IMG/VR virus record: IMGVR_UViG_3300020180_000077
Span: 1 to 33,419 of that record
Reading direction: 5' to 3' (one strand)
From: a virus
Lineage: Duplodnaviria > Caudoviricetes
DNA length: 33,419 nucleotides
Positions 7,630 through 16,810 of the stretch are shown here, piece after piece. The stretch's first letter is position 1. Every line of letters starts with the position of its first letter. A program made the translations under genes and the position numbers. The notes under the pieces are model-generated. The model saw only the letters and a program-made list of their open reading frames with translations. It made no database searches and had not been told where the DNA came from.

Positions 7630-8198
7630 ACTATAAATTCCGCATCTACAAGAGTTCCGTAAATTAGCATCATAGCTAAAACGTAAATTGGACTGAAGTG
7701 ACAATCAGGATCGTTCAGAGCAGCTTTCAAGGACTTGTGCGTAACCGGCAATGATGGGTCTAGAAGTTCTAGATATCCAAATTTGTCGTAATGTATTTGT
7801 ATCAGTTTCCATTCGCGAGTCTTGGAAACAGCATCTGCGTACATAGGTATTAGAATTGATTTTCTCATTTCTATTAAACCCACAATGCCAGACCCTAGGA
7901 CCCAACCTAGTGGCTGCTGGCCTTCCACTGTAATAGACGAGCTTTTTTGGTATTTCTGCATCTTAGAAAGCCAGACTTTATATTCTGGTTCTAGAATCTG
8001 CCCGTCTTTCGCGAACCGGTCATAAGCCGTTAATGCCGCGAGGGCGGTATCGACGTTTTTAAAGACAAAACCCCTGTCGTGGGCTATAGAACCCACTTTA
8101 GAATAACAAAGATTTTTCCCGTATGAGGATGTCCTGTTAGAAATTTCTATCGTATGTGGAGTGCGTTTATGGTCCGAACCGCATAATTTGATTGTCAT
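7626..8198 (-). CDS. hypothetical protein
   Basis: 190-aa ORF with ATGA overlaps at both ends. Confidence 0.7.
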   Translation of the reverse strand: MTIKLCGSDHKRTPHTIEISNRTSSYGKNLCYSKVGSIAHDRGFVFKNVDTALAALTAYDRFAKDGQILEPEYKVWLSKMQKYQKSSSITVEGQQPLGWVLGSGIVGLIEMRKSILIPMYADAVSKTREWKLIQIHYDKFGYLELLDPSLPVTHKSLKAALNDPDCHFSPIYVLAMMLIYGTLVDAEFIV

Positions 8199-8497
8199 AT
8201 GAACTCTTTAATTAAGAAATCTCGCACTCTATCACTTGGGAGTTTGTTGATTTTTTCCTGCACCGAACAATAATATAAAACCTGTTCAAGAGACATTTGA
8301 AAGTATGTTGCGTTTTCTGCGGGGTATTCATTGACAGTCATATGCCATATCCACTGCACCACACCAGAACTCGAATTTAGGCCCCCAAGGAAGCAGCCAT
8401 GGTAAATTGGAAGCGTATCTAAGCTGCCTAGTACCAGTTGTTTGAACATTTCTATACCTACGACTGCGTCTTGTCTCCAAAAAACATACAATTGCAT
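8195..8497 (-). CDS. hypothetical protein
   Basis: 100-aa ORF with an AGGTG RBS; first gene of the minus-strand operon. Confidence 0.65.
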   Translation of the reverse strand: MQLYVFWRQDAVVGIEMFKQLVLGSLDTLPIYHGCFLGGLNSSSGVVQWIWHMTVNEYPAENATYFQMSLEQVLYYCSVQEKINKLPSDRVRDFLIKEFI

Positions 8498-8574
8498 TTT
8501 TCACCTACTATTTGTTTGTACCATTTAAAAAACCTGCAGACATTGCCCCAAACGCCGAAATATAGAAAAGTGTA

Positions 8575-8603
8575 TTGTCAAACGATGAGCTGCGGCTTAT
8601 ATT
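8575..8603 (+). promoter_or_regulatory. sigma70-like promoter
   Basis: TTGTCA (8575-8580), 17 nt, TATATT (8598-8603), followed by AGGAGG and ATG 8624. Confidence 0.65.
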
Positions 8604-8623
8604 TAAACAGGAGGACATTAAAA

Positions 8624-8827
8624 ATGTCGAAAACAGTGGTTGTTAGGTTCGGGAAAACAGTTAAACGGTTCGAAAGCATTCGCGCTTCTGTAGAATATCT
8701 TGCTAGGTTCACTAAAACAGACTACACTTACCCGGAAAAGAGTGGCAGTTTCCATCTTGGCTCTTTGGCTCTCAGGATCCCTTCGATTACTTCAGTAACT
8801 ATCGATTCTACAACATACAGGAAATAA
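8624..8827 (+). CDS. small basic hypothetical protein
   Basis: AGGAGG RBS, then MSKTVVVRFGK... (67 aa). KRFESIRASVEYL loosely recalls NUMOD1-type DNA-binding motifs. Confidence 0.7.
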   Translation: MSKTVVVRFGKTVKRFESIRASVEYLARFTKTDYTYPEKSGSFHLGSLALRIPSITSVTIDSTTYRK

Positions 8828-8828
8828 C

Positions 8829-9344
8829 ATGGTAAAGACAATCGTACTTAAATCTTCTCTTCTCGTTTTTCTCTCCGAAGCAGTTCGCAAAAATGTTGTT
8901 AGTAGTTCTGCAACAAGTCTTTCTAGCGAAGAAAGCGAAGAATTCGTTAAAGCCAAGGAGTTCTTCGGCGTCGAAGACCTCAATGTAGTTGGAGAATTTT
9001 CGTCTACTCTCGAGAACGTTCTCTGGAGTCTGTTCGAAAAGATTCCTGCACCGGAATCCCCTCTGCGTCTCAAAGCACACGAGAGATTTTTGCAAGAAAC
9101 TGCTGCAGAACTAGAAAAGACTCTGAAAAGCGAGGACCTCCCCGCGCTCAGTACTAAGGCGCTTCTGTCTGTAGTTGATATGGTTGAAGATCCTGAAAAG
9201 TTCAAGGCAATCACTTTCCCGTTTGAATATAAACTGGTTGATGGCACCTCTAGGATCCTGCAGCTTCCCTCGGTTAATATTCTCTCTAATGACGACTTCG
9301 TTTCCACACTCGACACAGTATTTGGACCAACAAAAGAAGCCTAA
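8829..9344 (+). CDS. acidic hypothetical protein
   Basis: 171-aa ORF starting 1 nt after the previous stop, with an AGGA RBS. Confidence 0.75.
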   Translation: MVKTIVLKSSLLVFLSEAVRKNVVSSSATSLSSEESEEFVKAKEFFGVEDLNVVGEFSSTLENVLWSLFEKIPAPESPLRLKAHERFLQETAAELEKTLKSEDLPALSTKALLSVVDMVEDPEKFKAITFPFEYKLVDGTSRILQLPSVNILSNDDFVSTLDTVFGPTKEA

Positions 9345-9345
9345 A

Positions 9346-9723
9346 ATGAATATTGTAAATTTTGCTGATTACAAAAAAAACAAGCAAAATTTAATGAACA
9401 GAGCGATTAACACAGAGCTGCAACAAAGCGTTGCGGCTCTTGTTTTGCAGTCTGCATTAAATAAGAACGGCTTTCAGAAAGCACTTGTATACCACCAGGA
9501 TCATAATTTTGCCGTTATTCTAAATATCAGCAAATTCGATCTGCTATTGATTCGAGTTTCGCTGTTCATGAGAGGCCAGAAGACGTTAAAACAGACATTT
9601 CGGAAAATGCTCTTTGCAGAGGATCCGAAAATCAAAGAAATCATTATTTTGAATGTGTGGCCGTCTGTGAAAGTGGCGACCAAGATTATGAAAAGGTGGG
9701 GAGTTACTTCCCAGAATTCTTGA
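9346..9723 (+). CDS. hypothetical protein (N-terminal NIVNFADYKK motif)
   Basis: ATG 9346 lies 1 nt after the previous stop; 125 aa. Confidence 0.7.
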   Translation: MNIVNFADYKKNKQNLMNRAINTELQQSVAALVLQSALNKNGFQKALVYHQDHNFAVILNISKFDLLLIRVSLFMRGQKTLKQTFRKMLFAEDPKIKEIIILNVWPSVKVATKIMKRWGVTSQNS

Positions 9724-10243
9724 GCGAATCGGTTAGATCTTCGATAGTGCCCTCTGCCGATACTGCTTCTGCTTGAAATTCTTCGTGGAAATAAATATCG
9801 TCTTCTACTTCGTTGTCTTTGAACAATCCACCGTCTGCATGCAATTTCTGCAATTCTGCAATCAGTGGGTTGTCTTTTAGCTTGTAGAACGCAGTAGATG
9901 TGATTTTATTGATCTGCTCTTTGCTCAGCATCAACATCCTGACCATTTCATCTTCAGTCAGTGCTCGGTCCACGTTAGCCATCAATTTGAACAAACAGTA
10001 CCCATATTTGTCTTCGGTTAGAAGGCCAAAGGGGCACCCTCTTGCTTCATGTTTTTCTTCATAAGCAAGATAATTGGGGTTGTCTGCAGTCCATCGCGCT
10101 CGTTCGAGCCCGAATTTGCAAATACCTATTGGCAATTCTGTAAAGTTTTTGGGACAAGCTTCCTTGAAACGAGCTACGTTACTCTGGGAGGACGAGCTCT
10201 CCGCTTTTTTCTTCTTGTCCGGTTTGTTCTTGCTGTGCTGCAT
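9704..10243 (-). CDS. putative transcription regulator with sigma70 region-4-like HTH and acidic tail
   Basis: LTEDEMVRMLMLSKEQINKITSTAFYKLK resembles the sigma region 4 pattern. Four Cys lie upstream and the C-terminus is acidic. Start uncertain because of a 65-nt overlap with the upstream gene. Confidence 0.55.
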   Translation of the reverse strand: MQHSKNKPDKKKKAESSSSQSNVARFKEACPKNFTELPIGICKFGLERARWTADNPNYLAYEEKHEARGCPFGLLTEDKYGYCLFKLMANVDRALTEDEMVRMLMLSKEQINKITSTAFYKLKDNPLIAELQKLHADGGLFKDNEVEDDIYFHEEFQAEAVSAEGTIEDLTDSLKNSGK

Positions 10244-10400
10244 TAAAATTTGCCATCCATTGTGGGTCTTTTGAAAGGAGATAAGCGAGAGCTGTTTCTA
10301 GCTCGGCCATGCGGTTGTGCATATGTACAACCTGGCCCATGAATTCTTCAAGGCGTTCTACGAACTGTGGGAATACTTCATCGGGGCTGAGTTCACTCAT
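10179..10400 (-). CDS. small coiled-coil hypothetical protein
   Basis: GAGGA RBS before ATG 10400 (MSELSPDEV..., 73 aa), overlapping the upstream stop. Confidence 0.65.
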   Translation of the reverse strand: MSELSPDEVFPQFVERLEEFMGQVVHMHNRMAELETALAYLLSKDPQWMANFNAAQQEQTGQEEKSGELVLPE

Positions 10401-10842
10401 CTTGTTTATCCTCGAAATTGTTAAAATCATCAGACATTAAATCTTCTAGATGCTTAGATTCCAAAATAGCAGCAATGGAATTCTTTTTAAACTTCATAAA
10501 CACTTCTTTAGAAATATTTGGCTGCATACCAATCGAAGTTAGCTGGTCAGACACTTCTTGTGACATTGCTTGCACTAGTAGACCTGAAAATGCAGCGCTG
10601 AAACCAGTTTGGTGTGAATAGTCATAAACTACACGTTCGATTTCTGCCTGGAACGACGATAGTAGTACCAACCAAGTGGAAGCTTCATCTATAGAAATGC
10701 CAAGATGCTTAATAACGTGTTGAAGATGTTGATCTTTTTCAACAATTTGACGTGCAAAAGTTAGATCAAAACTCGCCGCGTCTGCCGCGTCCTCTTTTTG
10801 TTTTTTCTGAAACTGAGCAAAATTTACAACATTGTCTTTCAT
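10393..10842 (-). CDS. hypothetical protein (N-terminal DNVVNFAQFQKK motif)
   Basis: GAGGTG RBS; 149 aa; directly downstream of the portal gene. Confidence 0.75.
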   Translation of the reverse strand: MKDNVVNFAQFQKKQKEDAADAASFDLTFARQIVEKDQHLQHVIKHLGISIDEASTWLVLLSSFQAEIERVVYDYSHQTGFSAAFSGLLVQAMSQEVSDQLTSIGMQPNISKEVFMKFKKNSIAAILESKHLEDLMSDDFNNFEDKQDE

Positions 10843-10891
10843 GTTTCACCTCTCTCAAATCATCTGCAAAGAGAGGCCGTAAAACAATGTC

Positions 10892-12952
10892 TTATTTTTT
10901 ATACAAGTCTTTGAGTGTTTTCGGGCGATTCATGACTAGATCCTTAAGAATGCCTAAAGAAGCTTGATTATTAGGAGTAGCAGCGGCCTTTTCGGTTTCT
11001 AAAGCCGACGCTTCTTTTTCAAGATTCATTTCATGGCTCTGCTTGTCCATGTCATGTTGCTCTTGGCCGTGAGACATCTCCATATCGTGCTTTTCCTGGG
11101 CTCTCACTGATTCTTGAAGTTCTTCTTCAGTAGGCTGCGGCTCTTCTACCGGAGCTTCTTCAGGAGGCGGCTGTGCATTCATTTGCATCTGTTGTTCTTG
11201 CATAGCCATTTGCTGCTGTTGCATTTCAAGACCAAGTTTCGCAGCATCGGCATTAACTTTTGTCATTCCGTATTTTTCAGCCTGATACATTTCATTGCGA
11301 GTTGGATCGACGAAAAAATCTAACGTTGGATCGTTCAGAGCATTTGCATCACCGAAAAAATGAAACCGAATTTCTGACATTTTCATGTAAACGGCTACTG
11401 ATGAGTGGAACACTGGCGAAGCTGGCATATTGCCGCCGAAAGGGAATGACTCAATCCTTTCGCTGTCTGACCAGATTTTCCCGAATGTACCGGATGTCTG
11501 TAGTTCTTCTTTGTATATAGCAAGATCTGCTTCTTTGGTATTCTGACCTAACCCGATAGGGCTAAATGTGAATATGCTTTGGCTTTCTGGGAAAGTTTCG
11601 TAAACAATCCCGTTTAGAACTCCAAACAGGCATTCCAGAATCTGGCGGAGGCCTCTTTCTTCGCCCTGAACGATGTCATCTTGTTTACCGTCATTGGTGG
11701 ATGCTGCTCCAGAATCTAAACTTCCAAAACCTATTTCTTGTGGCGCCATCTGGAAGCATGCGCAGAGAATCGAAATAACTTTGTTATAAAGTAAGACGAA
11801 TTCCATGTCTTTAGAAGTTGCATTGAGTTCGATGAAGCTGACATCAATAGGGCCGCTGATAACTGGAATCGTAGCCGAATTGTCATTACGAGCGACGTAG
11901 TTGCTGAATGTCTTGCGGAACATTTCAGTCTGTTCAGGAGAGACAACTCCGCCTTCTTGGGTCTTTAGGTTAATGATGCCTTTGGAAGCTAGCCCCTTAG
12001 TGAACATGTTTTGCATGAACTGTTGAGCGTAAAAATGCATCGTTACTGTATAGTACGCCTGCTCGATAGGAGCCAAAGGGTATCCATCAAGATCTTCGTA
12101 AGCTTGTTTGCGAAGATGCGTCATGATGATTTCTTCTTCAGTGAAGAAAGCTACATTTTTGCCGTCCATGCGCTGGACATAAGCAGCAGGACGACGACCT
12201 TTTTCTATTTTCTTATATTCTGCATAATCTAGAACCGATTGTTCTTGTACGTCGTCACCACCAGAAATAGAAATTTCTTCTTGGTCTATGACTGGGTGGA
12301 TAGATTCGACTGGAAGCGGTCGGAACATAATGGGAATACCCTCTTTGTTCCTAATAATCTGAGTCGCGCAACGGCCAAACACTAGAAGGTTCAAAGTCTG
12401 AGCAGACAAATAATCCGGCAACGAACAATTCTTGAAAAAAGAATCAGATCCTTTGAAAACATGATCCACAACCATCTTGTTAGATGTGCCACAGCTCACG
12501 ATGTATTCAGAAATCTGAGCGGCCAGTGCCAGCCGGTATTGGACTTCTTTATTCTTCTGTTCCGGCGCTAGGTTCGACTCTTGAATTGGAAGTTTCTCTT
12601 GCAATATGAAGCCGCGTTCGTATTTACCACGAGATTTCTTGCCAAACGGCATGACTTGGTTTGATCGTGTGTTAACAATCAGACCTACGATGGCATCGTA
12701 ACTTGCAATATCTTTTAGATCTTTATCTGATAAACGGCCCTTTTTTTGATAAATTCTATCGGTATTGAGCATTCGAGAATCAAGGCTGAAGACAGCTTTA
12801 GAATTTTCTACTTGCCCATTTAGGAAATTAGTATTGGGGATGGGCTTGACAGACTTGTCTAGCATCTCGCCATCAGAACTAATCGTGATGTCTACGTTTT
12901 TTGTAGTTTTATCTAAATTAATAGTCTTTTTTAAGAAATCAAAAATAGCCAT
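10892..12952 (-). CDS. portal protein
   Basis: LLVFGRCATQIIRNKEG.P..FRPL, GYPLAPIE, FTKG..SKGII, KDMEF...Y...I...CACFQMAPQEIGF and ERGLRQIL match Twort/SPO1-like portal motifs. Located downstream of TerL. Confidence 0.9.
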   Translation of the reverse strand: MAIFDFLKKTINLDKTTKNVDITISSDGEMLDKSVKPIPNTNFLNGQVENSKAVFSLDSRMLNTDRIYQKKGRLSDKDLKDIASYDAIVGLIVNTRSNQVMPFGKKSRGKYERGFILQEKLPIQESNLAPEQKNKEVQYRLALAAQISEYIVSCGTSNKMVVDHVFKGSDSFFKNCSLPDYLSAQTLNLLVFGRCATQIIRNKEGIPIMFRPLPVESIHPVIDQEEISISGGDDVQEQSVLDYAEYKKIEKGRRPAAYVQRMDGKNVAFFTEEEIIMTHLRKQAYEDLDGYPLAPIEQAYYTVTMHFYAQQFMQNMFTKGLASKGIINLKTQEGGVVSPEQTEMFRKTFSNYVARNDNSATIPVISGPIDVSFIELNATSKDMEFVLLYNKVISILCACFQMAPQEIGFGSLDSGAASTNDGKQDDIVQGEERGLRQILECLFGVLNGIVYETFPESQSIFTFSPIGLGQNTKEADLAIYKEELQTSGTFGKIWSDSERIESFPFGGNMPASPVFHSSVAVYMKMSEIRFHFFGDANALNDPTLDFFVDPTRNEMYQAEKYGMTKVNADAAKLGLEMQQQQMAMQEQQMQMNAQPPPEEAPVEEPQPTEEELQESVRAQEKHDMEMSHGQEQHDMDKQSHEMNLEKEASALETEKAAATPNNQASLGILKDLVMNRPKTLKDLYKK

Positions 12953-12961
12953 AGCAACCTC

Positions 12962-13948
12962 TTAGAAAGAACAACTTTGAACAGCTACCGTAATCGGGTA
13001 GTTGGTAGAATTGACTGCGTGAATAGAAATAGCATTCAGAGTCGAAACAAACATCGCGGATCCAGGAGTGAATTCTTTGAGTTGGATCTCCTCAGTTCCA
13101 TCGTTGAATTTAAGCTTGATGGGGCCGGAAGCTTCGATAGATACGAAATTGATCAATCGATCGAAAACTGCAAACGGAGACGAAACTCCAGCTACGACAG
13201 TTTCAGCAATCAGATTGGGGTTGTAAAAATGGATATCTCGATCAGATACCTGCAAAACTTCTAGATCAGATGATTTATTTTCGAGATTAAAAGCCGAAGC
13301 ATCGGCGATCCTGAATTTATCGCCAATCTGCACTCCAGCAGTTGAAAAGATGCGCAGGACTGAATCGAAATTAGCGCCAAGAACAATTGCTGTTTCTGCC
13401 GACACTGACCCGTTATCGCGAATAATTACGCTAGAAACTGTTGACGACAGAATTAAAAATCTCTGATTGATTGAAGAAGTGTTTAGCGGCGAAGTGAAAG
13501 ACGTGTCGTTACCTTGAAAATAAAGTTCGTCGCCGACAAGAGCCGAAGAAAGATCGACTCCTGCACCAGACAATGTGATTTGTACAGAATTTGCCGAAAG
13601 GCGGGAGGCGGCATACGTAGTAGTCGCTGGAACCGTACCGTAGTTTATTGGTCGAGCAGCCCTGAATGCGGGGGTAGGGCCAACTCCAGTCCAACGCAAC
13701 CTTCCAATATCAGAACCAATAAATGATATTGCAAATTGTGAGGTATTTAGCCCTGAAGCTATTGTTCTCGCAGTGGAATCCAGAAGCACCGTTTGGCCTG
13801 GAAGTATTTCTTTGACTAACGAAACCGGACTGGAAACGGATAATCCTTCTTTCGCAGTGACGAAATCGAAGAATTTCTGTTTAGGATTTTGAAGCGGCGC
13901 GGCGTCGGCGTACGCCATTCTACCGACATAAAAATTTAAAAATGGCAT
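12962..13948 (-). CDS. putative virion structural protein (beta-rich)
   Basis: AGGAG RBS before ATG 13948; 328 aa; S/T/V/A-rich; between TerL and portal; two 'GD.hh' beta-barrel-like segments. Confidence 0.65.
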   Translation of the reverse strand: MPFLNFYVGRMAYADAAPLQNPKQKFFDFVTAKEGLSVSSPVSLVKEILPGQTVLLDSTARTIASGLNTSQFAISFIGSDIGRLRWTGVGPTPAFRAARPINYGTVPATTTYAASRLSANSVQITLSGAGVDLSSALVGDELYFQGNDTSFTSPLNTSSINQRFLILSSTVSSVIIRDNGSVSAETAIVLGANFDSVLRIFSTAGVQIGDKFRIADASAFNLENKSSDLEVLQVSDRDIHFYNPNLIAETVVAGVSSPFAVFDRLINFVSIEASGPIKLKFNDGTEEIQLKEFTPGSAMFVSTLNAISIHAVNSTNYPITVAVQSCSF

Positions 13949-13958
13949 TGGGCACTCC

Positions 13959-15872
13959 TTAGAAGCATATGGTGATACCACCGGCTGCATTAATTATCTT
14001 CTCTTCTTGACTAGGATTCACACGTATTCCGTATTCTTTGTACATATGCTCGTCTATTAATTTTTTCATACCATCGACAGAATCAACAAGAACAGGGTTA
14101 GTAGCGATTTCATGTTCCTTCTGCCCTCCTGCTAGATGGGACACCTGACTCGAAATGAAAGGATCTATTGCGTAACGGAGGGCATCGCACCTATGAGTAA
14201 AATCATCATCGGCGAAATGGTTGAAATCGAACCCCATTGCTGTTTTTAGATATTGCCAAGATTCCATGTCTTTAACCAGAGACATCGACAGGGCGTTGTA
14301 GGGATCATCCAATATCATGAATTGGGCTTCTTGCTTAGAAGCATTCCACAGGCGGGTGCGTATCCAGGAAACTCCAGTTTCAATTCTTGGTGGCTTTGTC
14401 CCGCGAGAAGGCATGCCGATAGAAGCAGCGAACGTTGGAGAAGACTTGTCAGCGGTGTCAGGACATACCAGGTCGAACCCATAGACATCATAAATTCTGT
14501 TTTTTACATAGACTAACCAGTCCTGATTAGAAATACCTGGAGCAGTCTCGACGTGCAATACGAGGAGTTTGTCAGAACTTTTCTGATACGCGACCAGGAC
14601 GGCGGCGGCATAATCCACCCAGCCAAAGTCAACGCCGCAATTCAGTCTCCAGCCTTCATTCCGCAATTCTTGAATAAATTCTTTCTTAGTCGGAATCCGC
14701 AATGAACCATCGTGGTTCGTTGGATAGACGTTAAACGCAAAATTCCAGCATTCCTGCACTTTCTGGTAATGCTTGTTTTTATCGAATTTATTGTAGACGA
14801 CGCCTCCAGACTCTGGGCGCAGATTGATTAACTGTGCATTGATTTTATCTGAATCCGCAACTTCTCGAATCAAATTCCCCACGAAGTCGACAGTTCTTAG
14901 ATTCGGAGACGTGCTAGTTTGATTGATTGCGTCTGTCCTGCAGGTGACAAATATCGGGCATTTCCTGCAACCTTCGTACGCGGGGACTAAGTCGTAGGAA
15001 TCCCTCATGGATTCAGACAACTCTGTGTGGGCGACGATATCCAAGACCGCCAATGTTTCTTTATGTATAAACAGGTCTATACGGGGCAATTCAGGCAAGT
15101 GCCGTTCTGGGAGGCAAGGTTTTGTCCAATCCGTAACGTTCCACCTGTGCAGGTGAATACCATTGGCAGGATCCTCTGACAAATTGATCTTTTCTTGCAT
15201 CGGACCAACGGCTGTTTTTCTTGACGATAGATACACGAAAATCGGCGGTCTGCCGTTGGCGTCAGGGTCGGCGATGAATGTCGATTCAGAAAGAATATCT
15301 TTATCAATCAAGTCTGTTTCGTCGAAAATCAATAACGACGCACGGCTAGAGTTAGCACCTTTTTTGGTAGCGGTGATCACCTTTAATTTTGCGTAATTAG
15401 ATTTCTTGTATTCGTTGACAGGCATCGAACGCAATAATTTGAGACGTTTGTTATCCGACTTGAAATGTTTGTTTATAATCGGGTTGTCTAGGAAGCGATC
15501 CAAGTAGTCGATGCACGCGATTGATTGATCTAGGATGGCTGCTAGATGGACGATATTGCGCCCGAGGTGAACCATGAAAAGGAATTCTAGTACTGACGCA
15601 CAGAGCGTTTTCGCGCTATTTCGGCTGGCCGCCACTACGAACGTAGTCTTATTGGGGTTGCCAGTGAGCCCCGATTCGTAAACTTCCCATATAAAATCCA
15701 TTGGATTAGAATTGCTGAAAGTACTTACGACCTTATCAGGTAATCGAATACTCAAGAAAGTTTCCAACCATTGCTGCAATTCTTTCTTAGAACGACAGGG
15801 CGTCCAAAACTTCTGTTCGTACAGACGTTCTAGGCGTTTTTGGAGTTCTTCTTGATTCGATTCTACTGTCAT
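13959..15872 (-). CDS. terL: terminase large subunit
   Basis: Walker A-like VAASRNSAKT, Walker B LLIFDETD, motif III YLSS, RNase H-like nuclease GVDFGWVD and HRCDALRYAI. Confidence 0.93.
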   Translation of the reverse strand: MTVESNQEELQKRLERLYEQKFWTPCRSKKELQQWLETFLSIRLPDKVVSTFSNSNPMDFIWEVYESGLTGNPNKTTFVVAASRNSAKTLCASVLEFLFMVHLGRNIVHLAAILDQSIACIDYLDRFLDNPIINKHFKSDNKRLKLLRSMPVNEYKKSNYAKLKVITATKKGANSSRASLLIFDETDLIDKDILSESTFIADPDANGRPPIFVYLSSRKTAVGPMQEKINLSEDPANGIHLHRWNVTDWTKPCLPERHLPELPRIDLFIHKETLAVLDIVAHTELSESMRDSYDLVPAYEGCRKCPIFVTCRTDAINQTSTSPNLRTVDFVGNLIREVADSDKINAQLINLRPESGGVVYNKFDKNKHYQKVQECWNFAFNVYPTNHDGSLRIPTKKEFIQELRNEGWRLNCGVDFGWVDYAAAVLVAYQKSSDKLLVLHVETAPGISNQDWLVYVKNRIYDVYGFDLVCPDTADKSSPTFAASIGMPSRGTKPPRIETGVSWIRTRLWNASKQEAQFMILDDPYNALSMSLVKDMESWQYLKTAMGFDFNHFADDDFTHRCDALRYAIDPFISSQVSHLAGGQKEHEIATNPVLVDSVDGMKKLIDEHMYKEYGIRVNPSQEEKIINAAGGITICF

Positions 15873-16810
15873 ATTCTATAAAGTCTTTGCCGTGGAGTTT
15901 TGCCTTTCAGGCCAGTGCCAGACAGCAAATTTTTGTATTTCCTGAATTCACACGAACAGTTTTCGAGATTAGACGCAGTGATAAATACAGGCTTCCCCCT
16001 GATCATCAAGGGGTTAAGATCTGTGATTGGCTGCGTGTGCATCAATGTCTGAATAACGTCTGTCGCTTTGGCTTTCGGATTGAACGCCAGGGCCGAAGGA
16101 GTAGCACCTGGCCCGATGAACACTTTGTGGAATTCATTAATGAATTCAGGGAATTGGTAAGCAACGTCCATTAGAACTTCCATAGACATGAATCTGGCGT
16201 TGAAGCCAACCAACGGGATTATGGCTTCGACTAATTGGATGATAGACCAATCATTTTTGCTAGAAATTATTGCAGCAATTTGTTTGACTCGTTTTGGGAG
16301 AAAATCAAAAATAAACTCTTGACGAGTCGAGCAGCCAGTGCTAATTATGCCTGCAATCGCGCTGTTGTAGGCTGAAGTCCACCGGACCCCTTCGATGCTG
16401 TCGAATTTGTCTCGGGCGGCTTGTAACGTGGACTCGGAAAAATCCAACAAGCCAACTTGTTCCACTATGTTGGGCAAACCTACCCAACGCATGTAGAAGA
16501 AATTCAGCAGAGTTAATTCTAGATCGTGCAATACCGGGGCAGCTAGCTGATGAAGCGCGACAGTGGTCTTATCCAATTCTCGATACACATTGCAGAATTT
16601 ATTCTTTTTCAAGATAATATCTTCTGTCCAAGGGAACGCTTGGCCTGAATCTTTTTTATGAAAAATGTTCATGCGTTCAGAAACAAAATCCCAAAATTCT
16701 TGCTCTAGCTTAGAATCGACAGCTACAAGATCAATTTTCGTATCTCTCGGGTCAATTTGACATTTATTCCAATGATTATAAAGAACCGAAATAGCGGGGA
16801 TTACAGTCAT
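15869..16810 (-). CDS. aGPT-Pplase1 / HMUDK-helical-domain family protein (HhH-glycosylase-like fold, thymine hypermodification)
   Basis: Family motifs FVSERMNIF.KK..G..FPWTED.IL...KFCNVYRELDKTT, TSAY, FMSMEVLMD, IGPGA and LENCSCEFRKY. Confidence 0.85.
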   Translation of the reverse strand: MTVIPAISVLYNHWNKCQIDPRDTKIDLVAVDSKLEQEFWDFVSERMNIFHKKDSGQAFPWTEDIILKKNKFCNVYRELDKTTVALHQLAAPVLHDLELTLLNFFYMRWVGLPNIVEQVGLLDFSESTLQAARDKFDSIEGVRWTSAYNSAIAGIISTGCSTRQEFIFDFLPKRVKQIAAIISSKNDWSIIQLVEAIIPLVGFNARFMSMEVLMDVAYQFPEFINEFHKVFIGPGATPSALAFNPKAKATDVIQTLMHTQPITDLNPLMIRGKPVFITASNLENCSCEFRKYKNLLSGTGLKGKTPRQRLYRI

